From: a virus
Taxonomy: Duplodnaviria; Caudoviricetes
Virus record (IMG/VR): IMGVR_UViG_3300030385_001684
Location: 1-47,857 of that record
DNA: 47,857 nt
Strand: one strand, 5' to 3'
Positions 27,181 to 36,182 of this stretch are shown here, piece after piece; the first letter of the stretch is position 1, and the number at the start of each line of letters is the position of its first letter. The notes under the pieces were generated by a model. It had not been told where the DNA came from and did not search any database. It saw only the letters and a list, made by a program, of their open reading frames with translations. A program made the translations under genes and the position numbers.

Positions 27181-28444
27181 TCGCGGCGCACATGCCGATA
27201 GGGGCCATGCACGGTGGGCCGCCAGTTCGACCGCCAGGCACTGGCAGTGCCCGGGCGCTTTGACGTTGGCGGCTCTGGCGCCAGCGTCAGCCAACAAGGA
27301 GAGCATCCACGCGGCACGTGGGACGGCCGCGCATGAAATCGCCGAGGCGGCCCTGCGCCACGGCACTGAGGTCTCGTCCTACTTGGACACGGTGGTCTCG
27401 ACGAAAGAGCATTCGGTGACGATCGACGAGGAACTCGTCAATTCGGCTGCCGAGTACGTCGAGTACTGCCGTGGGCTGATCAAGCACGGGCCGCAGCACT
27501 GGATGGAGGAGCGCTTCCGCCTGGACGCCCTCGACCCGCCCTACGAGGCCGGCGGCACCGGCGACTTCGTCCACTACAACCCGAGCACCAAAACGCTCGA
27601 AGTGGTCGATCTCAAAAACGGTGTCGGCGTCGTCGAGGTCGAGGAGAACAAGCAGCTTCGGACCTATGGGCTCGGGGCGCTGATCGCCCACCCCGAGCTC
27701 GACGTCGAGACCGTCAAGGTCACGATCGTCCAGCCCCGCGCGCCGCACAAGAACGGCCGCATCCGCTCGGAGAGCTTCCACGTCGCCGATCTGATCGGAT
27801 GGACGAACGAGCTTCTGGACGCGATGGGCCGGTCGAAGCAGGCCGAGACGGAATACAAGACCGTCACGGGCGGCGTCTCGATGGACGAGTGGGCCGAGAA
27901 GTGGCTGCGGCCGGGCGCGTGCAAGTTCTGCGCTGCGGAAGGCTTCTGTCCGGCGCTGAAGCGCAAGGCGCAGAAGCTGGCGAACGTCTGGTTCGACGAT
28001 CGCGACGAGGCCCACATCGGCAACACGCCCTCCGAGATGTCACCCGAGGCGATCTCGGCGACGCTCGACCAGCTTGGGATGCTGGAGGACTGGGCGAAGG
28101 CTGTCCGCGGTCTGGCGCACGCCATGGCCGAGGCCGGCACGGAGATCCCGCACTACTACCTGGCCGACAAGATCGGGAACAGGGCGTGGGCGGCCGACGA
28201 GGACAAGGTCGTGAATGACCTGAAGACCGTCGTGAAGCTGTCGGACGACGAAATCTTTGAGCCCGCAAAGCTCAAGACGGTCGCCCAACTGGAGAAGGTG
28301 CTTGGCGCCAAGAGGAAAAAGGAGATCGAAAACATGTGGAGCCGGCCCGTGAAGGGCCGGAACCTGGTCCGCCACGATCGGACCAGCAGACCGCCGTCGC
28401 CGACGACGGCTCAGAAGTTCTTTGAAACCGAAACAGCAAAATAG
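27173..28444 (+). CDS. DUF2800/Cas4-like PD-(D/E)xK exonuclease
   Basis: HARWAASSTARHWQCPG, GTAAHE, GGTGD...VVDLK, QLRTYG, CKFC...CP. Confidence 0.88.
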   Translation: MADRGAHADRGHARWAASSTARHWQCPGALTLAALAPASANKESIHAARGTAAHEIAEAALRHGTEVSSYLDTVVSTKEHSVTIDEELVNSAAEYVEYCRGLIKHGPQHWMEERFRLDALDPPYEAGGTGDFVHYNPSTKTLEVVDLKNGVGVVEVEENKQLRTYGLGALIAHPELDVETVKVTIVQPRAPHKNGRIRSESFHVADLIGWTNELLDAMGRSKQAETEYKTVTGGVSMDEWAEKWLRPGACKFCAAEGFCPALKRKAQKLANVWFDDRDEAHIGNTPSEMSPEAISATLDQLGMLEDWAKAVRGLAHAMAEAGTEIPHYYLADKIGNRAWAADEDKVVNDLKTVVKLSDDEIFEPAKLKTVAQLEKVLGAKRKKEIENMWSRPVKGRNLVRHDRTSRPPSPTTAQKFFETETAK

Positions 28445-28453
28445 GAGAGCCGG

Positions 28454-29083
28454 ATGGCTACTTCAGAGCAGTTCAAGACCCCCGAGTGCCGCCTGTCGTT
28501 CGCGCAGGACCTGTTCAAGCCCCGCCAGGACAAGAAGGACGACGGGTCCATCGTCGAGAAGTTCGGCTGCACGCTGATCTTCTCGCAGGACGCCATGTCC
28601 GTGCTGGAAGCCGCCGTCGTCGAGGCCGTCCAGGCCGAATGGGGCGACAAGGGTATCCAGAAGATCAAGGACAAGCTGATCAAGTCGCCGTTCCTGGCCG
28701 GCACCGGCAAGGAAGCCCGCAACAACCAGACCGGCGACCTGCACCCGGGCATGGGTGAAGGCCTGTTCTTCATCAGACCGTGGTCGAAGTTCCAGCCGGT
28801 GATCCGCTACAAGTCGGAGACCATCCCGGCGACCGCCGAGGAGGTCTATTCGGGCTGCTACGGCTTCGCGGTGCTGCACGCCTTCACGTGGCACAACTCG
28901 AAGAACGGTGACGGCGTGTCGTTCGGCATCGACTACTTCCAGAAGAAGCGGGACGGCGACCGGCTGGGCAATGCCGGCGGCGGGGCCGTCGACCCCTCGA
29001 AGTTCTTCGAGAAGGTCGAGGACCACGGCGCGGCGCCCGACGCCACGAAGTCCGGCGCCGGCGCAGGCGGGCTTTTCGCCTAA
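28454..29083 (+). CDS. Single-stranded DNA-binding protein (DUF2815/gp2.5-like)
   Basis: RLSFAQDLFKP, VYSGCYG, GVSFGI, DGDRLG; ends GLFA. Confidence 0.85.
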   Translation: MATSEQFKTPECRLSFAQDLFKPRQDKKDDGSIVEKFGCTLIFSQDAMSVLEAAVVEAVQAEWGDKGIQKIKDKLIKSPFLAGTGKEARNNQTGDLHPGMGEGLFFIRPWSKFQPVIRYKSETIPATAEEVYSGCYGFAVLHAFTWHNSKNGDGVSFGIDYFQKKRDGDRLGNAGGGAVDPSKFFEKVEDHGAAPDATKSGAGAGGLFA

Positions 29084-29101
29084 GCGTCCGCAGTCACGAC
29101 A

Positions 29102-29127
29102 GACGACGGCCAATTCCGGCCGTCGTC
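29102..29127 (+). other. 10-bp stem hairpin after the SSB gene
   Basis: GACGACGGCC-AATTCC-GGCCGTCGTC with no U-tract. Confidence 0.5.
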
Positions 29128-29150
29128 GCCAACCCTTCAAGGAGAACACC

Positions 29151-29882
29151 GTGAACCTCACGTACAACGACCTCCGCTATGTCGTGCAGCGCCTGCCGCG
29201 CGACATCCGCGACCTACTCTCGGAGAACCCCGGCAAACTGTTCCTCGGCGGCGGCTTCATCCGCGCGACGATCGCAGGGGAGACGCCCAGCGACATCGAT
29301 CTGTTCGGCCACGATGCGGCCGTCCTCGAAAGCATCGCGACGATCCTTGCGGATCGCCGCGGCGCGAACGGCGAGCGCGTGAAGAAGCACAAGTCGGACA
29401 ACGCCATCACTCTGCTGACCGCAGATCGCCTCCCAATCCAGTTCATCACCCGCTGGACGTTCGAGACGGCAGAGCAACTGGTGGCGTCCTTCGACTTCAC
29501 TGTGTGCCAGGCGGCTATCTGGCGCGGCGGGAATAAGTCGAACGACCCGTGGTGCTCGGCGACCGGCGAGGCCTTTTATGTCGACCTGGCGGGCCGGCGT
29601 CTCGTCTACACGTCGCCGGTGCGCGTCGAAGAAGCCGGCGGCTCGCTCCTGCGCGTGATCAAGTACGTCAAGCGCGGCTACTCGATCCAGGTCAGCAGCC
29701 TCGGCGCGGTCGTGGCCCGCCTTGTTACGAGCCTTCGGCCCGACAGCCACATGCTCGCCGATGAGGCCGGGACGGCACAAGTGCTCGTCGGCTTGCTGCG
29801 CGAAGTTGATCCGATGTCGGTCATCGACGGGCTCGACGTCGCGGACGACCACGAACCGGCCAACGCCGAGGACGCATCGTGA
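29151..29882 (+). CDS. Nucleotidyltransferase (polyA polymerase/CCA-like head domain)
   Basis: GGGFIR...DIDLF, FDFTVCQ, LLRVIKYVKRGY; SD AAGGAG, GTG start. Confidence 0.75.
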   Translation: MNLTYNDLRYVVQRLPRDIRDLLSENPGKLFLGGGFIRATIAGETPSDIDLFGHDAAVLESIATILADRRGANGERVKKHKSDNAITLLTADRLPIQFITRWTFETAEQLVASFDFTVCQAAIWRGGNKSNDPWCSATGEAFYVDLAGRRLVYTSPVRVEEAGGSLLRVIKYVKRGYSIQVSSLGAVVARLVTSLRPDSHMLADEAGTAQVLVGLLREVDPMSVIDGLDVADDHEPANAEDAS

Positions 29883-30148
29883 CCGGCGAAACGCCTGCCG
29901 CGGGCCACAACAGCGGTATCGCCGTCGACCAGTTGGCGTCCTTCGCCCGTCGCCTCCGCAAGCTGGAGGACGACAAGAAGGAAGCGATGTCGGAGTTCAC
30001 CGACGACATCCGCGAGCTCAAGGCCGAGGCCAAGGGCAACGGCTTCGACGCCAAGCTGCTCGCCAAGGCCGTCCAGATGCAGCGGCTGGAGGACGACGAG
30101 CGTGCGATCCTCGGCCTCTACTGCAACGCGCTGAACGTCTTCGACTGA
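29879..30148 (+). CDS. GapR-like (DUF2312) nucleoid protein
   Basis: QLASFARRLRKLEDDKK...DIREL.AEAKGNGFD.K...AILGLY..AL matches the GapR pattern. Confidence 0.8.
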   Translation: MTGETPAAGHNSGIAVDQLASFARRLRKLEDDKKEAMSEFTDDIRELKAEAKGNGFDAKLLAKAVQMQRLEDDERAILGLYCNALNVFD

Positions 30149-30321
30149 TGACCGACCCGGAGTTCATCCGGTTCTTCGACGGCGACTGGGCCAAGCGCCT
30201 GGCCGCCGTCGAGATCCCCGGGATGCCACACGCCAGCTGGGACCGGAAAGCCGCATGGCTGCTCTGGACCGCCGAGCGCAAGGCCCCGCCCCCTCCCTCG
30301 AAACCAGGACTGTTCGACTGA
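30148..30321 (+). CDS. Hypothetical protein
   Basis: TGATG-coupled at both ends; ends PGLFD. Confidence 0.6.
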   Translation: MTDPEFIRFFDGDWAKRLAAVEIPGMPHASWDRKAAWLLWTAERKAPPPPSKPGLFD

Positions 30322-30533
30322 TGCGCTATTCATACGATCCGGGTGTCGTCTCCATCGAAGTGACGACCGAAACCGAGCTCGCCGAGGGCGAGCGTGTCAT
30401 CCGCCACACCACCGAGCCTCTGATGGGCTTCATCGTCCGCGACAACCGCCGCGCCGTCGATGCCGCCACGGTCATCCACCGCGACGACGCGGAACTGATC
30501 ACCGACGCCCTGAACAAGATGAGGGCCGGCTGA
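30321..30533 (+). CDS. Hypothetical protein
   Basis: TGATG-coupled; starts MRYSYDPGVV. Confidence 0.6.
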   Translation: MRYSYDPGVVSIEVTTETELAEGERVIRHTTEPLMGFIVRDNRRAVDAATVIHRDDAELITDALNKMRAG

Positions 30534-31111
30534 TGGCACGATCCGCCCGCTTCGAGACGCGCAACCGCGCTATCGTCGAAGCCTACAAGTCCGGCCAGTC
30601 CATTATGACGATCGGGCGCAAGCTGGAATTGTCGCCGCAGCGGATCATGCAGATCCTCCAGGAATACGGCGTGGCGACAGACCCGAAGAACCGCCGGCGT
30701 GAGCCCGACGAGGCGCGCGAGTGGGCGATGATCGTGGCCTACCAGTCTGGCCTTTCGCTGCGCGAAACCGGCGAGAAGTTCGGCGTCACGCAGCAGCGCA
30801 TCCTGCAAGTCCTGCGGAAGAACCACGTCGAGAGCCGGCTGCCGACGCGCCCCCGACTGCCGATTTTCGACATGGTCGTGGCGCGGGCGCGCGGCGCTTC
30901 GCTGCGCGTCATCGCCGACCGCAACGGCATCACGCCAGGCGCGGTCTGCCAGCGGCTGCAAAACGCCGGCGTGACGGATCGCAGCCTCGCCAAAGTCCGC
31001 CTGATGAACGCCGACCAGCTGACCGAATACCGGGAAGCCATCGACATCGACCGTCTCCCCCAAGCCGACGCGATCGAACTCGCGCTCGAAATCCGCACTC
31101 ACGACCGATAG
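30533..31111 (+). CDS. Protein with three tandem HTH repeats
   Basis: YKSGQSIMTIGRKLELSPQRI / YQSGLSLRETGEKFGVTQQRI / RARGASLRVIADRNGITPGAV. Confidence 0.78.
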   Translation: MARSARFETRNRAIVEAYKSGQSIMTIGRKLELSPQRIMQILQEYGVATDPKNRRREPDEAREWAMIVAYQSGLSLRETGEKFGVTQQRILQVLRKNHVESRLPTRPRLPIFDMVVARARGASLRVIADRNGITPGAVCQRLQNAGVTDRSLAKVRLMNADQLTEYREAIDIDRLPQADAIELALEIRTHDR

Positions 31112-31120
31112 GAGCAGACC

Positions 31121-31606
31121 ATGAAAGACATCGTCAGGACCGCATCCGAGATGTGGGGGCGCGATCTCAGCGCCAGACAGATCGCCGAGCATCTGGGCGT
31201 GCCGCGCAACACCGTGCTGAACTGGACGCACACGCACCGGCCGCTGTTCCCGAAGCGCACGAAGAAGGTGCTGGCGGCACTGAGCGCGACGCGCACCCGC
31301 AAGCGCCCCAAGGCCGTCCGGTCCTACAACAAGATGTTTCCACCGATCCACGACGAGGTCGACGACGCCGAGATCGCGGCGATCGAACTGCGCGTCCAGA
31401 CCAACTACCGCCAGCGCGTCGACGAGGCATTCCAGCCCATCGCGACCAGCCGCCCGGCCCGGCTGGCGGAATGCGACGGCTGCCGCTGGCCAGTGGACGA
31501 CGTCCACGGTGCGGCCGCGCTGTTCTGCAATGCGGAGCGCCCGGCGGGCCAACCCTACTGCACGGCGCACCGGGCAATGTCCGGCTCGCGGCTGGAGATG
31601 GTCTGA
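31121..31606 (+). CDS. GcrA-like regulator
   Basis: N-terminal W..LSARQIAEHLGV.RNTV HTH and C-terminal CRWP...FCNA...PYCTAH zinc motif. Confidence 0.8.
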   Translation: MKDIVRTASEMWGRDLSARQIAEHLGVPRNTVLNWTHTHRPLFPKRTKKVLAALSATRTRKRPKAVRSYNKMFPPIHDEVDDAEIAAIELRVQTNYRQRVDEAFQPIATSRPARLAECDGCRWPVDDVHGAAALFCNAERPAGQPYCTAHRAMSGSRLEMV

Positions 31607-32397
31607 TGGGGCACCGCATAGTTTGCCGCTTCTCCTGTGGCGCGGCCTCGGCTGTCGCGACCAAACTGATCTTGGCGCAGTACCCGCGCGATCAGGTCGT
31701 CATCACCTACAGCGACCCGGGATCCGAACACCCAGACAACAAGCGGTTCCTTGCGGACTGCGTTCGATGGTTCAACCACCCGATCGAAACCCTTCGCTCT
31801 AGCGAGTATCGCGACACGTGGCACGTTTTTGAGAAGGAGCGTTTCCTTGTCGGGCAGAACGGGGCGAAATGCACCGGCGTCCTGAAACGCGCCCCCACCT
31901 ACGAGTTTCAGCAGCCGGGCGACGTCCTGGTCTTCGGCTACACGGCCGAGGAGAAAGAACGTGCAGACCGTTTCCGCGAGCAGAACTTCGAGCAGCCCTT
32001 CCTTACGCCACTCATCGAGGCGGGGCTTCGTAAGGCCGACTGTCTCGCGATGATCAAGCGCGCCGGCATCGAACTGCCGGCCATGTACCGGCTGGGCTAC
32101 CACAACAATAACTGCATTGGCTGCGTCAAAGGCGGCATGGGGTACTGGAACAAGATCCGGCGCGACTTCCCCGACGTGTACGAGCGCATGGCCGCGCTTC
32201 AACGCGAGCTAGGCCCCGGATCGTACTTCTGGCGCGAACGTAAAACCAAGGAACGCATCAGCCTCGACGCCTTGGCGCCGGACCGCGGCAATCACGACAA
32301 AGAACCGAGCGTCGAATGCTCGCTCCTGTGCCACCAGGCCGAAGACGAGATCGACGAAGCCGCCGCAGACACCGACATGAAGGGGGCCTTCGCATGA
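31606..32397 (+). CDS. PAPS-reductase-like (adenine nucleotide alpha-hydrolase) protein
   Basis: FSCGAASAVA PP-loop variant, EHPDN.RF, CT..LKR, Y.LG..NNNCIGCVKGG.GYW. Confidence 0.78.
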   Translation: MGHRIVCRFSCGAASAVATKLILAQYPRDQVVITYSDPGSEHPDNKRFLADCVRWFNHPIETLRSSEYRDTWHVFEKERFLVGQNGAKCTGVLKRAPTYEFQQPGDVLVFGYTAEEKERADRFREQNFEQPFLTPLIEAGLRKADCLAMIKRAGIELPAMYRLGYHNNNCIGCVKGGMGYWNKIRRDFPDVYERMAALQRELGPGSYFWRERKTKERISLDALAPDRGNHDKEPSVECSLLCHQAEDEIDEAAADTDMKGAFA

Positions 32398-32699
32398 CCG
32401 TCCAGATCACCGATCACGCGCTGGTCCGCTACCTGGAGCGCATCAAGGGCATCGACATGGAAGCCCACCGCGCCGAGATCGCGGCGCTCGCCCAGCCCTT
32501 CGCCGACCTGAAGACCAAGCACGCCCCGATCGACGGCGGCTGGCTGGTCTTCGAGGGCGAGAAGCTGGTCACGATCACGCCGACCAAGCCGGACATGCGG
32601 AACTCGCACCGCAACGATCGAGGTGGCCGGAACGGCAGCCACCACCCCGTCACGCCGATGCCCTGGCAGGGCATGAAGCGCAGGAGGTCGCACAAATGA
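32394..32699 (+). CDS. Hypothetical protein
   Basis: ITDHALVRYLER motif; ATGA coupling. Confidence 0.65.
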   Translation: MTVQITDHALVRYLERIKGIDMEAHRAEIAALAQPFADLKTKHAPIDGGWLVFEGEKLVTITPTKPDMRNSHRNDRGGRNGSHHPVTPMPWQGMKRRRSHK

Positions 32700-33190
32700 G
32701 CGCGTTTCTCCGCCCGATCACGTACCGCGCTGCCTGCGATTTTATCGAGCGGCTCCATCGGCACCACAAGCCGCCGCAGGGCCACAAATTCTCCGTCGGC
32801 CTCGACGGCGGCGCGGGCCTGATTGGCGTTGCGGTCATCGGACGCCCGGTCGCGCGGGGCGCTGACGACGGGTTCACGGCGGAGGTCACACGTCTCTGCA
32901 CCGACGGAAGCCCGAATGCCTGCTCGGCCCTTTACGGCGCCGCGGCGCGTGCAGCGAAGGCCATGGGTTATCGCCGGATCATCACCTACACGCTGGAGAG
33001 TGAGACGGGCGCCTCGTTGCGCGCGTCTGGCTGGCGGCGAGATGGCAGTGTCAACGGCCGCTCCTGGTCCTGCCCGAGCCGGCCTCGCGAGGATAAGCAC
33101 CCGACGGTGCCGAAGACCCGCTGGGTTCGAGATCTGGCTGCGCCGTCCTCTCTCACGACTGACACCGAGCAAAAGGGCGTGTTCGCATGA
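32696..33190 (+). CDS. XF1762/Mom-like GNAT-fold protein (putative DNA modification)
   Basis: HRHHKPP, GVAVIGRPVAR, EVTRLCTDG.PNACS.LY, ITYTL.SE.G.SLRA.GW. Confidence 0.78.
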   Translation: MSAFLRPITYRAACDFIERLHRHHKPPQGHKFSVGLDGGAGLIGVAVIGRPVARGADDGFTAEVTRLCTDGSPNACSALYGAAARAAKAMGYRRIITYTLESETGASLRASGWRRDGSVNGRSWSCPSRPREDKHPTVPKTRWVRDLAAPSSLTTDTEQKGVFA

Positions 33191-35436
33191 AGATCAGCGC
33201 AGACTTTGAAACTCGCAGCCCCGTGGATCTTCAGACCCGCGGGGCCTTCGTCTATTTCGACCACCCCGACACCCGCGTCCTGATGTGCGCCTACCGGATC
33301 GACGACGCGCCGATCCGCATCTGGACGTTCGACCAGCCGCCCCCGCGCGATCTGTGGGTCGCGATCGAGGCCGGTGCGCACATCCACGCCTGGAACGCCC
33401 AGTTCGAGACGCTGGGCTTCGACCTGCTGGCGGCCCGTGAAGGGTGGCCTAAGCCGCGCTACGACCGCTACGTGGACACCGCTGCCGCGGCCGCCGCGAT
33501 GGCCCTGCCGCGCGCCCTCGGCGATGCGGCGGCGGTGCTCGGGCTGGACGTCCAGAAGGACAAGGACGGAATGCGGCTGATCCGCAAGTTCTCGATCCCG
33601 CGCCGCGCCCGCAAGGGCGAAGACCCGGCCGGGCTCTACTGGAACGAGCCGGCGGACCACCCCGAGGACTGGGAACTGTTCAAGGCCTACTGCATCCGCG
33701 ACGTCGAGACCGAGGAGGCCGCCGCGCAGCGGATCGTGCCGCTCTCGGAGGCCGAGCAGAAGCTGTGGCTGCTCGACCAAGAGATCAACCGGCGCGGCAT
33801 CCGCATCGACCACCAGTCCGCGACGGCCGCGATCGCGCTGGCCGACAAGTCGAAGCGGGCGCTGGACGCCGAGATGCGGATCGCGACGGGCGGCTATGTC
33901 GGCAAGTGCTCGGAGCCGGGCAAGCTGATTGACTGGATGAAGGCGCAGGGCGTGACGGTCGAGAGCGCCGACAAGCCGACGCTGGAGGACTTACTGCACA
34001 AGCCCGATTTGCCGGACGCGGTGCGCCGCGCCGTCGATCTGCGGCTCGAGGCCGCCAAGACATCCGTCTCGAAGCTGACGGCCATGCTGAACCGGGCCAG
34101 CGCCGACGGGCGGATCCGTGGCTCCTTCATGTACCACGCGGCCTCGACCGGGCGCTGGACGTCGGTCGGCGTGAACTTCGCCAACCTGCCGCGCCCCCGC
34201 AAGGAATTCGAGAACGCGGCGCTGGACCCGGCCGGCTTGTTCGACGCCATCCGCGTCGCCGAGCCCGAATGGTTGAAGTGTCTCTACGGCGAGGAGCTCG
34301 GCCGGCCCCTGCATCTCCTGTCGGACGCCATCCGGGGCTTCATCATGGCCGCGCCGGGCCACGATCTGATCCAGGCCGACTACAGCGGCATCGAGGGCGC
34401 CGTCGCGGCCTGGTTGGCCGGCGAGACGTGGAAGGTAAAGGCGCTGCATGAGATCGCCGCCGACCCGTCGCTGCCGGATATGTACCGACGCACGGCGGCC
34501 GGCATTATGAGCATGTCGACCGACGAGATCACGAAGAAGCACCCGCTGAGACAATCCGTGGGCAAAGTTTCAGAACTAGCCCTGGGCTTCGGTGGAGGGG
34601 TGTCAGCCTTCTACACGATGGCGAAGGGCTACGGCGTCGATCTCGACGGGATCTATTCTCCGGTGTGGGAAGCGGCTGACGAGGAGCGACGTGCAAAGGC
34701 CGTGAAGCGGTACGAGCGCGAACTGCGCGCCGGCAAGTCCCGTACGACGGAGATGAGCCGGGAAGCCTGGATCGCCTGCGAGATCGTCAAGCATGGTTGG
34801 CGCGAGACGAACCCTGCGATCGCAGCGGGCTGGAAGGTCTGCGAGGCCGCGATCCGCGAAGCCATCCAAACGCCGGGCCGCGTCGTGCCGGCGCTGAAAT
34901 GCTCCTACCTGGTCGCGCAGGGCTTCCTGTGGTGCCGGCTGCCGTCCGGTCGTTGCCTGGCCTATGCGACACCGCGGCTGAAAGACCAAGTCTGGGCCTG
35001 CCGGCTGGGCGATGACGGCGAGTGGCTGCCCTCGGAGGTGCTCGACCGCGACTACGCCGAGGCGATGGTCGCGAAGGGTCTGGTGAAGATCGAGGGCGAG
35101 ACCTCGCCGAAGGCCACGGTCTGCGGTGTCGATGGCGTAACTAAAAAATGGGTTAGGTTCGCGCTATTCGGGGCTTTAGCTTTTCAAAATCAGGTGCAAT
35201 CTATCGCCCGAGACCTTCTTGTTAATGGTATGCTTAAAGCGGAGGGGGCGGGATACCCCGTTATTCTTCATGTGTATGACGAAATCGCAGCCGAGGTGCC
35301 GCGCGGTACTGGCGGTCTCGCCGCCTTCGAGAAGCTGATCTGCGAACTGCCCGACTGGGCGCGTGGGACCGGCGACGAGCTCGACCTGCCGCTGACGGCA
35401 GGCGGATGGCAGGGAAAACGGTATCGCAAGGACTGA
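33187..35436 (+). CDS. Family A DNA polymerase with 3'-5' exonuclease
   Basis: Exo DFET, AWNAQFE, YCIRDV; STGRW, motif A ADYSGIE, motif B R..GKVSELALGF, motif C HVYDE. Confidence 0.94.
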   Translation: MKISADFETRSPVDLQTRGAFVYFDHPDTRVLMCAYRIDDAPIRIWTFDQPPPRDLWVAIEAGAHIHAWNAQFETLGFDLLAAREGWPKPRYDRYVDTAAAAAAMALPRALGDAAAVLGLDVQKDKDGMRLIRKFSIPRRARKGEDPAGLYWNEPADHPEDWELFKAYCIRDVETEEAAAQRIVPLSEAEQKLWLLDQEINRRGIRIDHQSATAAIALADKSKRALDAEMRIATGGYVGKCSEPGKLIDWMKAQGVTVESADKPTLEDLLHKPDLPDAVRRAVDLRLEAAKTSVSKLTAMLNRASADGRIRGSFMYHAASTGRWTSVGVNFANLPRPRKEFENAALDPAGLFDAIRVAEPEWLKCLYGEELGRPLHLLSDAIRGFIMAAPGHDLIQADYSGIEGAVAAWLAGETWKVKALHEIAADPSLPDMYRRTAAGIMSMSTDEITKKHPLRQSVGKVSELALGFGGGVSAFYTMAKGYGVDLDGIYSPVWEAADEERRAKAVKRYERELRAGKSRTTEMSREAWIACEIVKHGWRETNPAIAAGWKVCEAAIREAIQTPGRVVPALKCSYLVAQGFLWCRLPSGRCLAYATPRLKDQVWACRLGDDGEWLPSEVLDRDYAEAMVAKGLVKIEGETSPKATVCGVDGVTKKWVRFALFGALAFQNQVQSIARDLLVNGMLKAEGAGYPVILHVYDEIAAEVPRGTGGLAAFEKLICELPDWARGTGDELDLPLTAGGWQGKRYRKD

Positions 35437-35440
35437 TCAC

Positions 35441-35467
35441 AAGCCCGGCCTCTGAGCCGGGTTTTTT
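35441..35467 (+). terminator. Intrinsic terminator
   Basis: CCCGGC-loop-GCCGGG followed by a T run. Confidence 0.8.
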
Positions 35468-35488
35468 CTGCCGCGTCCGCAATGTCTG

Positions 35489-35517
35489 TTGACACCAGCA
35501 GACAACCGACATACAAA
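35489..35517 (+). promoter_or_regulatory. Sigma70-type promoter
   Basis: TTGACA-17-TACAAA; shares ACCGACATACA with the leftward promoter at 41636-41664. Confidence 0.65.
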
Positions 35518-35550
35518 AAGGACATCACCCCACAGCCTGAGGCCCCTCCA

Positions 35551-35694
35551 ATGACCCGCATCCGCCGCCTCCTCCTGATCCTCCTCGACCGTGACGGCTT
35601 CGTCCTGGCGATGGAGCGCGAACAGCAGAAGGCCGTCGCGGTCGCGAACGAACTGCGCCGGCAACTCGCCAGCATCCGAGCAATCGAGCACTGA
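35551..35694 (+). CDS. Small hypothetical protein
   Basis: SD GAGG; 47 aa starting MTRIRRLLLILL. Confidence 0.5.
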   Translation: MTRIRRLLLILLDRDGFVLAMEREQQKAVAVANELRRQLASIRAIEH

Positions 35695-35704
35695 GGACAA
35701 GACG

Positions 35705-36163
35705 ATGGCCGACGCTACCGAAATCCCGCCGCTGACATTCACCTACACAAACTGGCGCGGCGAGACCGCGACGCGGACGGTGCGCCCGATCGGCATCAGC
35801 TATACGACGACCGAATGGCATCCCGAGCCGGGCTGGTTGCTGCACGCCTATGACGACAAGAAGAAGGCTGGCCGCGACTTCGCATTCTCCGGTTTCGCCG
35901 CCCCCCAGCCAGCCGCATCCGACGTACCCCATGACGTGGCCGGGTACGTCCACACGGTTCCCGATCATTGCGACCGGATAGTCTGGCGCGGCATCTACCA
36001 TCACCTGCCCCTCTCCACCCCCGCCCCATCCACCTCGACAGAGGAAGCGCTGAGGGCAGAGAACGCGCGGCTGCTGGAGATGCTGCGTTCCGCCTTCGAC
36101 GGCGACGACGTACCGCGCAAAAACATCGCCCTGCGAAAAGCCCACGCCGCCCTATCCCGCTGA
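35705..36163 (+). CDS. WYL-like domain protein
   Basis: FTYTNWRGETATRTVRP...WHPEPGWLLHAYD.KK...RDFA. Confidence 0.7.
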   Translation: MADATEIPPLTFTYTNWRGETATRTVRPIGISYTTTEWHPEPGWLLHAYDDKKKAGRDFAFSGFAAPQPAASDVPHDVAGYVHTVPDHCDRIVWRGIYHHLPLSTPAPSTSTEEALRAENARLLEMLRSAFDGDDVPRKNIALRKAHAALSR

Positions 36164-36182
36164 ACGCCAGAAGGAATTCCAC

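Noticed and set aside
27173-28444. CRISPR-associated Cas4 or a CRISPR system
   Set aside because: No repeat-spacer array or other cas genes seen; this nuclease type is a normal part of phage replication modules
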